Shown in pieces: positions 30,694 to 39,121 of a stretch of 64,000 nucleotides of DNA (positions are counted from its first letter, which is position 1; each line of letters begins with the position of its first letter). Source of the stretch: Candidatus Binatia bacterium (GTDB lineage: Bacteria; Desulfobacterota; Binatia; UBA9968; JAJDTQ01); the NCBI GenBank assembly GCA_963666515.2, contig OY762897.2, positions 1,056,001 to 1,120,000 of the forward strand. Reading direction: 5' to 3'. The translations under genes and the position numbers were made by a program. Below the pieces are notes generated by a model, which ran no database searches, had not been told where the DNA came from, and worked only from the letters and a program-made list of their open reading frames with translations.

Positions 30694-31442
30694 TGAACTA
30701 CGCGATCTTCGACATCGAGACCCGCATCGACAAGGCCCTCGTCAAGTCGGTCTACGCCCCCAACGAGGAGGTCTCCGAGCGGGTGGCCTACGAGCGCTTC
30801 CGCGCCGAGCAGGTGGCGAAAACCAGCAGCGACTTCCTCCCCATCTCCTTCCATGTCCCCGTCTCCATCGCCGTGGGCATCGTCAACGCCGACGGCGTCC
30901 TGGCCAACGTCGAGACCCTGTGCGAGGACGACTACAGCGAGGAGGCCATCGTCCGCGACTTCTGGGAGCGGGTGGAGCGGTTCACCGGCACCCTGGTGTC
31001 GTTCAACGGACGCAACTTCGACCTCCCGGTGCTGGAGCTGCACGCGCTCAAGTACGGCTGCCGGGCGCCGCGCTACTTCAACGAGCGCTTCGGGCACCGC
31101 TACCGCTACTCGGAGGACGGCCACTACGACCTCTACGAGTTCATCGGCAACCACGGCGTCAACCGCATCCGCGGCGGCTTCAACCTCCTGTGCCGGCTCG
31201 TCGGCCTGCGCGGCAAGGGCGATATCGACGGCTCCATGGTCCAGGGGCTGTGGGAAGAGGGCCGGCTCGCGGAGATCCACGAGTACTGCCGCCAGGACGT
31301 CATCCAGACCTACTTCCTGCTGCTCCGGGTGGAACTGATGCGGGGCCGCATCGACCAGAGTCGGCACGAGGCGGCATGGGCCGCCACAGAAACCTTCCGC
31401 GAGCAGTTGATTGAGGAAGGAGGTACACGCGAGGAGCCATGA
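30690..31442 (+). CDS. PolB-related DEDDy 3'-5' exonuclease
   Basis: FDIET, SFNGRNFDLP, YCRQDV. Confidence 0.9.
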   Translation: MMNYAIFDIETRIDKALVKSVYAPNEEVSERVAYERFRAEQVAKTSSDFLPISFHVPVSIAVGIVNADGVLANVETLCEDDYSEEAIVRDFWERVERFTGTLVSFNGRNFDLPVLELHALKYGCRAPRYFNERFGHRYRYSEDGHYDLYEFIGNHGVNRIRGGFNLLCRLVGLRGKGDIDGSMVQGLWEEGRLAEIHEYCRQDVIQTYFLLLRVELMRGRIDQSRHEAAWAATETFREQLIEEGGTREEP

Positions 31443-34400
31443 CGGTCCCGACGATATTCGACACATGCCGTCCACGGGAGGACGTCCTTCAGGGAGCCAT
31501 TGCCGAAGCCGATTTTGCGGCCGATCTGGCTCAGGTCATAGTGGGGAAGGGCAGCGTTGAGTACCTGGACCCCGTGCGGTTCTTTGCTCATACGTGGCCC
31601 ACGCGGGGCCTCAAGAACCTGCTGGCCAACGTTTGCCGGCGCTTGACGGGTTCCGGTGGCGAGGTTGCCGCGATCTTTCGCCTCGACACTTCATACGGCG
31701 GCGGCAAGACCCACGGGCTCATCGCGCTTGCCCACGCGGCCCGCGGCATGACGGACGTGCCCAACGCCGCGGAGTTCATCGAACCTGCTCTGCTTCCACA
31801 ACGCCCCGTCCGTATCGCGGCGTTCGACGGCGAGAACGCGGACCCGGCCAACGGGCGCGCCATGGGCGACGGCGTTCTGGCTTTCACGCCCTGGGGTGAA
31901 ATCGCCTACTCTCTCGCCGGACGGGAAGGATACGAACGGGTCCGCAACAGCGACGAGCACCGGGTCGCGCCGGGCGCCGAGACCCTGCGGGAACTGTTCG
32001 GGGGCGAGCCCGTCCTGATCCTGCTGGACGAGTTGTCCGTCTATCTGCGCAAGGTGCGGCAGTTCGATGATGCCCACGACCAGTTGACGGCGTTTCTGAC
32101 GTCCCTGTTCAAGGCCGTGGAGGGAGCGCCCAATGCCGCTCTCGTCTACACCCTCGCCATCGGCAAGGACGGCCGCGCCACCGACGCCTATACTGCGGAG
32201 AACCAGTTCATTGCCGACCGCATGGCCGAGGCCGAGAGCGTCTCCGCGAGGAAGGCGACCCTGCTCAATCCCACCGAAGAAGACGAGACCGCACAGGTGC
32301 TGCGCCGCCGCCTGTTCGAGGGCATCGACGATTCCCAGGCGGCATCGGTGGTGGCCGCCTACCGCGACCTCTGGGCCGCTGCCGGCGAAGCCCTGTCGGG
32401 AGAGGCTGGCCGTCCCGAAACGACCGAGGCGTTTCTCGCCAGCTACCCCCTGCATCCTGAGGTGTTGGGCACCCTGACGGCCAAGACCGCAACCCTGGGA
32501 AACTTCCAGCGCGTGCGCGGAATGCTGCGGCTCCTGGCCCGCACCATCGCCCATCTCTGGCAAGAACGGCCCGCGGACGCCACCGCGATCCATCTCCACC
32601 ACATCGACCCGGGCTACGAGCCCATCCGGCAGGAGATCGTCACCCGTCTCGGCCAGACAGCCTACCTGCCGGCCATCGCCAATGACGTGGCCGGTACGGA
32701 GAAGAACGCGCTTGCCGGAGAGATCGACGCCGAGCATCACCGCGGCCTGCCGCCTTACGCCACGTACGTCGCGCGCACGATCTTCATGCACAGCCTAGCC
32801 TTCAACGACCCGCTGAAGGGCCTGTCTCCTCATCAACTGCGCTACTCGGTGCTGGCCCCGGCCACGGACATGAGCTTCATCGAGGAGGCGCGCCAGAAGT
32901 TCGTCGCCGAGTCGGCCTATCTCGACGACCGGCCCGGCGCGCCCATGCGCTTTCTCGCCGAAGCCAACCTCAGCCAGATCATCCGCCGCGAGGAGCAGCA
33001 CGTCGATGCCGGCGAGACCCGCGCGCACCTGGACGACTGCATTCGCGGCATCTTCAGCGGCGGCGCGGGCGGGACCTTCGAGGCCATACCCTTTCCCGGC
33101 GGCCCCTTCGACGTGCCGGACGAGGTCGGCGACGGCCGCCCCAGGCTGATCGTGCTCGCCTACGACGGCGTCGCCATCGGCAGCGCCGTGGAGAGCGTTC
33201 CCGAGCTGATCGCCCGCATCCATTCCCGGAAGGGTTCGGAAGGCTCGGCCCTGCGGGCGCTGCGCAACAACCTGGTGTTCCTGGCCGCTGAGGATGCGCG
33301 CAAGGAGGAGATGCGGCGCAAGGCGCAGCGGCGGCTGGCGTTGCAGGACCTCAAGAAGCCCGAACGGCTGGTGGACCTGGCCGAGCACCAACAGGACAAG
33401 ATCCGCGAGCTCGAAGCCCGCTCCGAGCAGGAATTGGCGATAGCCGTCCAGCAGTGCTACCGCCACGTCTTCTACCCGTCGCGGAACCGCATCGGCGGGA
33501 GTGATGTCGATCTGGCCCACACGGCCATCGACGTCCAGTCGACGTCGGACCGGCCCGGCTCGGGGCAACGGCAGGTGGTGCGGGCGCTCCGCGACCTGTC
33601 GAAGCTCCGCCTGTCCGAGGACGAGCCCGACTCACCGGCCTACGTGCGCGACCGTACGCCGCTCCGCAAGGGCCAGATCACGACCCTCGCCTTGCGTGAG
33701 GAGTTCCGTCGCGACCCCGCGCTCCCCATGCTGTGCGGCGACGACATCTTCATCCGCGGCATCCTGCGGGGCATCGAGCGGGAGGAGTACGTCTACCAGC
33801 GCGGCGACCTGTTGTGCGGTCCGGGCGATCCATTGCCCACTATCGTCACCGACGAGCAGTCCGCGGTCTTCACCATGGCCTACGCCAGGAACAAGGGGCT
33901 CTGGCCGCGAAAGCCACCGGAGCCGCCCGGCGGAGGGACGAGCTACGTCGAGCCCATTGACGAGGGCGGAGGTCAGGTCATGGAGCGGCCGCCCGACGAG
34001 CCACCTCCACCCGGCGCGCTGTCGGCAGAAGGTCTGCTCACCGAAGCCCTGGCCAGACTCTGGGAACAGGCCCGCGACCGCAACATCGGGAAGATCGCCG
34101 TCCTCACCATCCGCCTGTTCGAGGCCGGCGACGCCTTCCGCCTGCTCGGAGCCGTGGGTTCGGTTCCCGGAGCCGACAAGCTCGTCACCCTGTCCGGCGG
34201 CTACGAGACCCGCGACCAAGGCTCGTTCGAGCTGGAGTTCCGGGGACCGGTGCCCGACGCCCAACCGGTTCGGGAGTTCCTGGAACCGCAGCTTCGCGAC
34301 GCCGTCTCACAGACGCTGGAGGTCGGCTTCACGCTGACCTTCACCGAAGGATTGCCCATGCAGGGCGACGCCGCGGAGAAGATGACCGAGCGGCTGTCGC

Positions 34401-34456
34401 GATTCGCCAGCGGCGCCGCGTTCGTCATGGCCACGGCCAGGGAGGCCGGAAGCTGA
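31439..34456 (+). CDS. DUF499 AAA+ ATPase
   Basis: ADFAADL, TSYGGGKTH (Walker A), LILLDE (Walker B), LRRRLF, SYPLHPE, FQRVRGMLRLLA. Confidence 0.9.
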   Translation: MTVPTIFDTCRPREDVLQGAIAEADFAADLAQVIVGKGSVEYLDPVRFFAHTWPTRGLKNLLANVCRRLTGSGGEVAAIFRLDTSYGGGKTHGLIALAHAARGMTDVPNAAEFIEPALLPQRPVRIAAFDGENADPANGRAMGDGVLAFTPWGEIAYSLAGREGYERVRNSDEHRVAPGAETLRELFGGEPVLILLDELSVYLRKVRQFDDAHDQLTAFLTSLFKAVEGAPNAALVYTLAIGKDGRATDAYTAENQFIADRMAEAESVSARKATLLNPTEEDETAQVLRRRLFEGIDDSQAASVVAAYRDLWAAAGEALSGEAGRPETTEAFLASYPLHPEVLGTLTAKTATLGNFQRVRGMLRLLARTIAHLWQERPADATAIHLHHIDPGYEPIRQEIVTRLGQTAYLPAIANDVAGTEKNALAGEIDAEHHRGLPPYATYVARTIFMHSLAFNDPLKGLSPHQLRYSVLAPATDMSFIEEARQKFVAESAYLDDRPGAPMRFLAEANLSQIIRREEQHVDAGETRAHLDDCIRGIFSGGAGGTFEAIPFPGGPFDVPDEVGDGRPRLIVLAYDGVAIGSAVESVPELIARIHSRKGSEGSALRALRNNLVFLAAEDARKEEMRRKAQRRLALQDLKKPERLVDLAEHQQDKIRELEARSEQELAIAVQQCYRHVFYPSRNRIGGSDVDLAHTAIDVQSTSDRPGSGQRQVVRALRDLSKLRLSEDEPDSPAYVRDRTPLRKGQITTLALREEFRRDPALPMLCGDDIFIRGILRGIEREEYVYQRGDLLCGPGDPLPTIVTDEQSAVFTMAYARNKGLWPRKPPEPPGGGTSYVEPIDEGGGQVMERPPDEPPPPGALSAEGLLTEALARLWEQARDRNIGKIAVLTIRLFEAGDAFRLLGAVGSVPGADKLVTLSGGYETRDQGSFELEFRGPVPDAQPVREFLEPQLRDAVSQTLEVGFTLTFTEGLPMQGDAAEKMTERLSRFASGAAFVMATAREAGS

Positions 34457-34932
34457 TGGCGCGTCTCAAGCGGGTCGCCCAGATCGACACACCGGAGTCG
34501 GCGCCGCGTTACGAGCTTCGCATTGCGCGCCACGGTCCCGCCGACACGGAATACGAAATCTGGCAGATGCCGGGTCCGGCCACCCCGCATCTGAGCGCGG
34601 CGGCTCGGGTCGCGGGCCTGAAGGGCCGCAACCTGCAACTCGTGGAGCACCGGGTGCTGAAGCGGTTGTCACAGGCGGGCGTGAAGCCGATCCTCGGGGA
34701 CCAGCGGAAGCACGGCTATGCCGTCTCCGAAGATCTGGCGCTGACGCTCGGCCTTCTGTTCCGCACCCTCGCCCCCATGCGAAGCCGCGACAACATGCGC
34801 GCCGTTGCCGAAGGCATCGAGGCCATGGGACGCGAGGAAGCAGCCTACTGGCTCGGCATGGCCATGCACCGCAGACACCCGCGCCGGGTGCTGACGGCGC
34901 TTCGCTTCTTGCTGACGGAGCCGAAGCGGTGA
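34456..34932 (+). CDS. Small conserved-looking protein in the DUF3780 position of the DUF499 operon
   Basis: 158 aa, overlaps DUF499 stop; GIEAMGREEAAYWLGM. Confidence 0.75.
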   Translation: MARLKRVAQIDTPESAPRYELRIARHGPADTEYEIWQMPGPATPHLSAAARVAGLKGRNLQLVEHRVLKRLSQAGVKPILGDQRKHGYAVSEDLALTLGLLFRTLAPMRSRDNMRAVAEGIEAMGREEAAYWLGMAMHRRHPRRVLTALRFLLTEPKR

Positions 34933-34938
34933 CTTCTA

Positions 34939-34980
34939 TTGACAGTTGCCGGGTTTTTTCTAACAGTTGCTTTTGGCAAC
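34939..34980 (+). promoter_or_regulatory. Probable TA promoter/operator
   Basis: TTGACA at 34939, weak -10 (TAACAG), GTTGC-n5-GCAAC palindrome; conserved in the 24.6-kb copy. Confidence 0.5.
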
Positions 34981-35017
34981 AGTACTGGCGTGGTCAAATG
35001 GGGAAGGAGGTCCAGGG

Positions 35018-35209
35018 GTGCAGACTGCAAAGGAGTCCGCTCGTCAGGCCATCGACCGGCTGTCGGATCAGGCGACCTGGGAAGACATCATGTACGAACT
35101 ATATGTGAAGCAGAAAGTCGACGCGGGAATTGAGGCGGTCGCAGAAGGTCGTACGATCCCTCACGAGGAAATGAAACGGCGGTTGCTCGCCAAGAAGCGC
35201 CACGTATGA
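35018..35209 (+). CDS. Small antitoxin
   Basis: 63 aa, ATGA overlap with toxin. Confidence 0.8.
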   Translation: MQTAKESARQAIDRLSDQATWEDIMYELYVKQKVDAGIEAVAEGRTIPHEEMKRRLLAKKRHV

Positions 35210-35517
35210 AGCTCTTTTGGTCGGATGTCGCCGAGGCCGATCTCGACAATATCTACGACCACATTGCCCGCGACGTGCCCTACTACGCCGAACTCTTCAT
35301 AGATAGACTCATTGAAGCCACAAACAAGCTCCAAGACCATCCAAGAATCGGACGGCAGGTGCCCGAAGCTGGTTATCGGGATGACATCCGGGAGATTATC
35401 CTGCAAGGGTACCGGATCATCTATCGGATCACCGCAGAAGGGATATACATCCTGACAGTCATCCACGGTAGCCAGGACTTGGCACGACGGTCGTCTGTTC
35501 CTTGGGAGGATAACTGA
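35206..35517 (+). CDS. RelE/ParE-family toxin
   Basis: WSDVAEADLDNIYDHI, PRIGRQVPE, REIILQGYRIIYR, VIHG. Confidence 0.92.
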   Translation: MKLFWSDVAEADLDNIYDHIARDVPYYAELFIDRLIEATNKLQDHPRIGRQVPEAGYRDDIREIILQGYRIIYRITAEGIYILTVIHGSQDLARRSSVPWEDN

Positions 35518-35529
35518 TATGGCAGTGGA

Positions 35530-35600
35530 CCGTTGCCGAAGGCATCGAGGATCCCCGCCGAATGCTGACGGCGCTACGCTTCCCGTTCACTGAACCGAAG
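35530..35600 (+). repeat. Internally deleted copy of the 3' end of gene 34456-34932
   Basis: 35530-35550 equals 34802-34822 (21/21); 35551-35600 vs 34877-34926 is 39/50. Confidence 0.85.
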
Positions 35601-35613
35601 GCGCCGAGAACCC

Positions 35614-35646
35614 CTACGCTGCAATGATGGACTCTGCCCTTAGCTC
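35614..35646 (-). pseudogene. higA 3'-end remnant (ELRAESIIAA*)
   Basis: 35600-35646 matches 25084-25130 at 43/47. Confidence 0.85.
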
Positions 35647-35660
35647 GGAGGGATGGGATC

Positions 35661-36938
35661 ATGAAGCTGAAAGCCGTCGAGATCGAGAACTTCCGCGCCA
35701 TCGTGAAGCTCACCCTGCCGCTCGATCCTCAGCTAACGGTGCTGCATGGCACCAACGCCCACGGCAAGACTAGCGTGCTGAGCGCGATCGCGGTGGGGCT
35801 CGGCGCCATTCCTACTCGGCTACCCGGTGTTTCGGGCATCAGTTTCCGCAAAACCGATCTGCGTGAGGGTGCGCAATCGGCGCGGGTCACATTGACACCA
35901 GTCGGCGGACATCCCTGGAATCGGATTCGAACCAAGCAGGGTAGCGCACAGGGGGGAGCGAGCGGATTGAAGTGGTTGAGGGAACAGACTGGAAGGGTCG
36001 TCGACGCTGAGAGGGAAGGACCGCCGATCGATCTGCCTATCGTCGCCCTCTACGACACAGACCGAGTCGTGTTCGATTTGCCGCAGCGACGACGCGGGTT
36101 CAGTAAGGAGTTTCCCCGTTTTGCTGCGTTGGAGGGGGCACTTTCCGCCCGGACGAATTTTCGGACGCTCTTTCAGTGGTTCTATTTCAAGGAAAACGAA
36201 GAGTTGAGAGAACAAAAGAAGCAGCGCGACTTCGGGTATCGTCGGAGGGATCTGTCCGCTGTCCGCGATGCAATGTCGGCCATGCTTGACGACGTGTCTG
36301 ATCCTCATATCGAGGTGAATCCCCTTCGGTTCGTAGTGACTCTCGACACGGGACAGAATGGCGAGAAGCTGGCTCTCGACCAGTTGAGTGGCGGCTATCG
36401 CGCAGTGCTTGCTCTCGCGGCCGATTTGGCGTGGCGGATGGCCCAGGGAAACCCGCACCTTGACGACCCGCTCCGAGCCGAGGCGGTCGTCCTGATCGAC
36501 GAGATCGAGTTGCATCTCCATCCCTCGTGGCAGCAGCGGATACTGGACGACCTTACGCGGACGTTTCCGAACGCACAATTCATCGTTTCCACCCACAGTC
36601 CACAGGTGCTGACCACCGTGGAGCCGAAACACATTCTGGAACTCTCTCGGAAGGATGGGCGCATCGTTGCCGGATCTCCAGCGGGATGGACCTACGGGGC
36701 CGAAGCGGGTGATGTGCTGTCGGCGGTGATGGGCGTTAACGAGCGACCCGACAACCCCTTTACCGAGGCACTGGCCCGGTACGGCCATCTGGTAAGTGAG
36801 GGCCGGGGTGAATCCGAGGAAGCTCGGACCCTGCGGGAGACTCTCGATGATTTCTCTCCCGAGGACCCCGCCCTTGCCAGTGCCGACCTTGAAATCAGGC
36901 AACGCAAGTTGTTCAAGCGGATGGCGGAATCAAAATGA
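35661..36938 (+). CDS. ABC-type ATPase, Septu PtuA-like
   Basis: GTNAHGKTS, LSGGY, LIDEIELHLHPSWQ, STHSPQ. Confidence 0.88.
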   Translation: MKLKAVEIENFRAIVKLTLPLDPQLTVLHGTNAHGKTSVLSAIAVGLGAIPTRLPGVSGISFRKTDLREGAQSARVTLTPVGGHPWNRIRTKQGSAQGGASGLKWLREQTGRVVDAEREGPPIDLPIVALYDTDRVVFDLPQRRRGFSKEFPRFAALEGALSARTNFRTLFQWFYFKENEELREQKKQRDFGYRRRDLSAVRDAMSAMLDDVSDPHIEVNPLRFVVTLDTGQNGEKLALDQLSGGYRAVLALAADLAWRMAQGNPHLDDPLRAEAVVLIDEIELHLHPSWQQRILDDLTRTFPNAQFIVSTHSPQVLTTVEPKHILELSRKDGRIVAGSPAGWTYGAEAGDVLSAVMGVNERPDNPFTEALARYGHLVSEGRGESEEARTLRETLDDFSPEDPALASADLEIRQRKLFKRMAESK

Positions 36939-37705
36939 AGCGCATCAGGGAATTGGAGGACGCCCCACTTGGCTTTGCCGAATTCCGCCATGCCGAGGGT
37001 GACAACGCGCCCTGGAGTAGATTTCGCTCTCGCAGATGGCGTGCTGAGGGCCGCGAACTCCAGGATGCTTTGGCGGGAAACCAACATGGACTTTGCGCCT
37101 ATTGCGAAATCGATATCTACGAACCGGGTCGGCCGAACAGATCGCGCCGTCAGATTGAGCATGTGATTCCGAGGAGTGCTGCCGACAGGGCACTCGACCC
37201 TACCAACATGGTTGCCTGTTGCATGGGCGGTACAGTGCGAGCCCTTGATGAGGAGGAAGATGGGGGCGAGGGCCATTTTCGGGAACCCATAGCGGACAAC
37301 ATGAGCTGTGGCCAAGCAAAGGGCGACCGGAACGATCCGGCTTTTGTGGACCCGCGGACACTACCAGATTTACCATCGCTCACGAGAGTGGGTGACGACG
37401 GATCGATTGAAACGGACGAGGGTGCGTGCCAGTCTGCCGGGTTTTCGCCTGAGGGGATGAACCGCACCCTCAAAATCCTTAACCTGAACGCCGAACGCCT
37501 CCGGTTGGCGAGGAGGAAATGGCGGAATGCCCTCGTCGAACAGTCGCGCGATATTGACGGTCCCGATCAGATGGATGTTTGGATACGGTCCGTCTTGACA
37601 CCGGACGCGGATGGCCGACTGCTTCGATTCTTCACCACGAGCCGGTGCTTCTTCTCTCCACTGAGTGAACGTATTCTCAAAGAGTACCCTCAGACGTGGA
37701 TCTGA
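36935..37705 (+). CDS. HNH endonuclease, Septu PtuB/retron-associated type
   Basis: QHGLCAYCE, IEHVIPRS, NMVACC, SCGQAKG, ILNLN. Confidence 0.88.
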   Translation: MKRIRELEDAPLGFAEFRHAEGDNAPWSRFRSRRWRAEGRELQDALAGNQHGLCAYCEIDIYEPGRPNRSRRQIEHVIPRSAADRALDPTNMVACCMGGTVRALDEEEDGGEGHFREPIADNMSCGQAKGDRNDPAFVDPRTLPDLPSLTRVGDDGSIETDEGACQSAGFSPEGMNRTLKILNLNAERLRLARRKWRNALVEQSRDIDGPDQMDVWIRSVLTPDADGRLLRFFTTSRCFFSPLSERILKEYPQTWI

Positions 37706-37756
37706 CTACTGGATTGGCAACCTTTCAGTCTGCAACAAATCTGCTGGCAATACCCC

Positions 37757-37785
37757 TTGACACCCATCTGATCTTCCACTAAATT
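37757..37785 (+). promoter_or_regulatory. Sigma70-type promoter
   Basis: TTGACA-17 nt-TAAATT, 46 bp before ATG 37832; overlapped by 15-bp direct repeats. Confidence 0.7.
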
Positions 37786-37831
37786 TGCTGGCAGCAATTC
37801 TGTTGGCAATCGTCTTGTTGGAGATTGGATC

Positions 37832-39106
37832 ATGACCCTCAGGAAAGCCGGGTCCAATTGGGTCGAGGGGGATCGGTTCTTTGACCGGGACGCCGAGATT
37901 AGAACTCTCACGGAGCGGATCCGGGAGGGGACCCATACATTGCTGACCGCCCAGCGTCGAATGGGCAAGACGAGTCTGGTTCGGGAGACACTACGCCGCT
38001 TGGGTGAAGATGGTCGCTTCGAGACGATATTCGTCGATCTGGAGAGCGCTAGCACCCCGGCGGACGCCATCGCCGAGATCGTGCTCCAGTCGAGGTCAGC
38101 GCGGGGAATATGGCAGCGACTCAAATCCTGGTTCGCCAACATCCCCGATGCGGTTGGTGCTCGGCTCGATACCCTTGGCGTTCCCTTCTTGCGATTGAAG
38201 CTGAGAGGCGGGATCGATGCCGGAAACTGGCGACAAAAGGGTGATCAGGTCTTCGCGGCCTTGGCGGAAAACGATCGGCCGGTAGTACTCGCAATCGACG
38301 AGTTGCCGATTCTCGTCAATCGCCTGCTCAAGGGGGACGACGACCTCACCACACCGGAGCGAAGGCAGGAAGCTGAAATTTTCCTGAGCTGGCTTCGAAA
38401 GAACGGTCAAGAACATCAAGGACGGGTCTGTATGATCCTTTCCGGCAGCGTAGGTCTTGGCCCGATCCTGCGGCATGCAGGACTCAGTGCCCAAGCGAAC
38501 ATCTATTCCCCTTTCGATCTGAAACCCTGGAACGAGCAGACGGCCGTCGCCTGCCTTGGCGCGCTGGCGGAGACGTATGATCTGGACCTTTCCCTTGCCG
38601 TGCTGCGGGACATGTGCCGTCGGCTGCGGTGTCAGGTTCCCCATCACGTACAGCTATTCTTCGACAATCTTCACGAAGACCTGCGCCAACTCGGCCGGCG
38701 TGAAGCCTCACTGGAAGATGTGGATCGCGTGTACACCGGTGCGATGCTTGGCGCCGGGAGAGAGATGGTTCTGAAGCACTATGAGAGCCGACTGAAGATG
38801 GTGCTCGGGAAGGAAGGGTATGGGATCGCCATTGAGTTACTGACCGAGGCAGCGGTCAACTGCGGTCGGCTGCGCCATGATGCCATCGGCCGTTATCGAA
38901 GGTATTTCCTGGCCAAGATTTCGACGCCAAGTCAGGACGAAGCCGGCATCGTTCCGATAGAGGAAGTGCTCCATGTGCTCGAACACGACGGATATCTGGT
39001 GAGGCGTGGCGCCGACGGTTACCGATTCGTGTCGGGTCTCCTCGAGGACTGGTGGCGAGGGCGGCACGGCCAGTCCTTTGTCCCCATCGGCCAGCGTCGG
39101 GTTTGA
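37832..39106 (+). CDS. STAND-like/archaeal-type P-loop ATPase with probable C-terminal winged helix
   Basis: FFDRDAEI, AQRRMGKTS, LAIDE, LEHDGYL...YRFVSGLLEDWW. Confidence 0.82.
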   Translation: MTLRKAGSNWVEGDRFFDRDAEIRTLTERIREGTHTLLTAQRRMGKTSLVRETLRRLGEDGRFETIFVDLESASTPADAIAEIVLQSRSARGIWQRLKSWFANIPDAVGARLDTLGVPFLRLKLRGGIDAGNWRQKGDQVFAALAENDRPVVLAIDELPILVNRLLKGDDDLTTPERRQEAEIFLSWLRKNGQEHQGRVCMILSGSVGLGPILRHAGLSAQANIYSPFDLKPWNEQTAVACLGALAETYDLDLSLAVLRDMCRRLRCQVPHHVQLFFDNLHEDLRQLGRREASLEDVDRVYTGAMLGAGREMVLKHYESRLKMVLGKEGYGIAIELLTEAAVNCGRLRHDAIGRYRRYFLAKISTPSQDEAGIVPIEEVLHVLEHDGYLVRRGADGYRFVSGLLEDWWRGRHGQSFVPIGQRRV

Positions 39107-39121
39107 ACGGGGACTGGAACG

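Noticed and set aside
35661-37705. Retron
   Set aside because: No RT motifs or msr-msd-like repeats nearby
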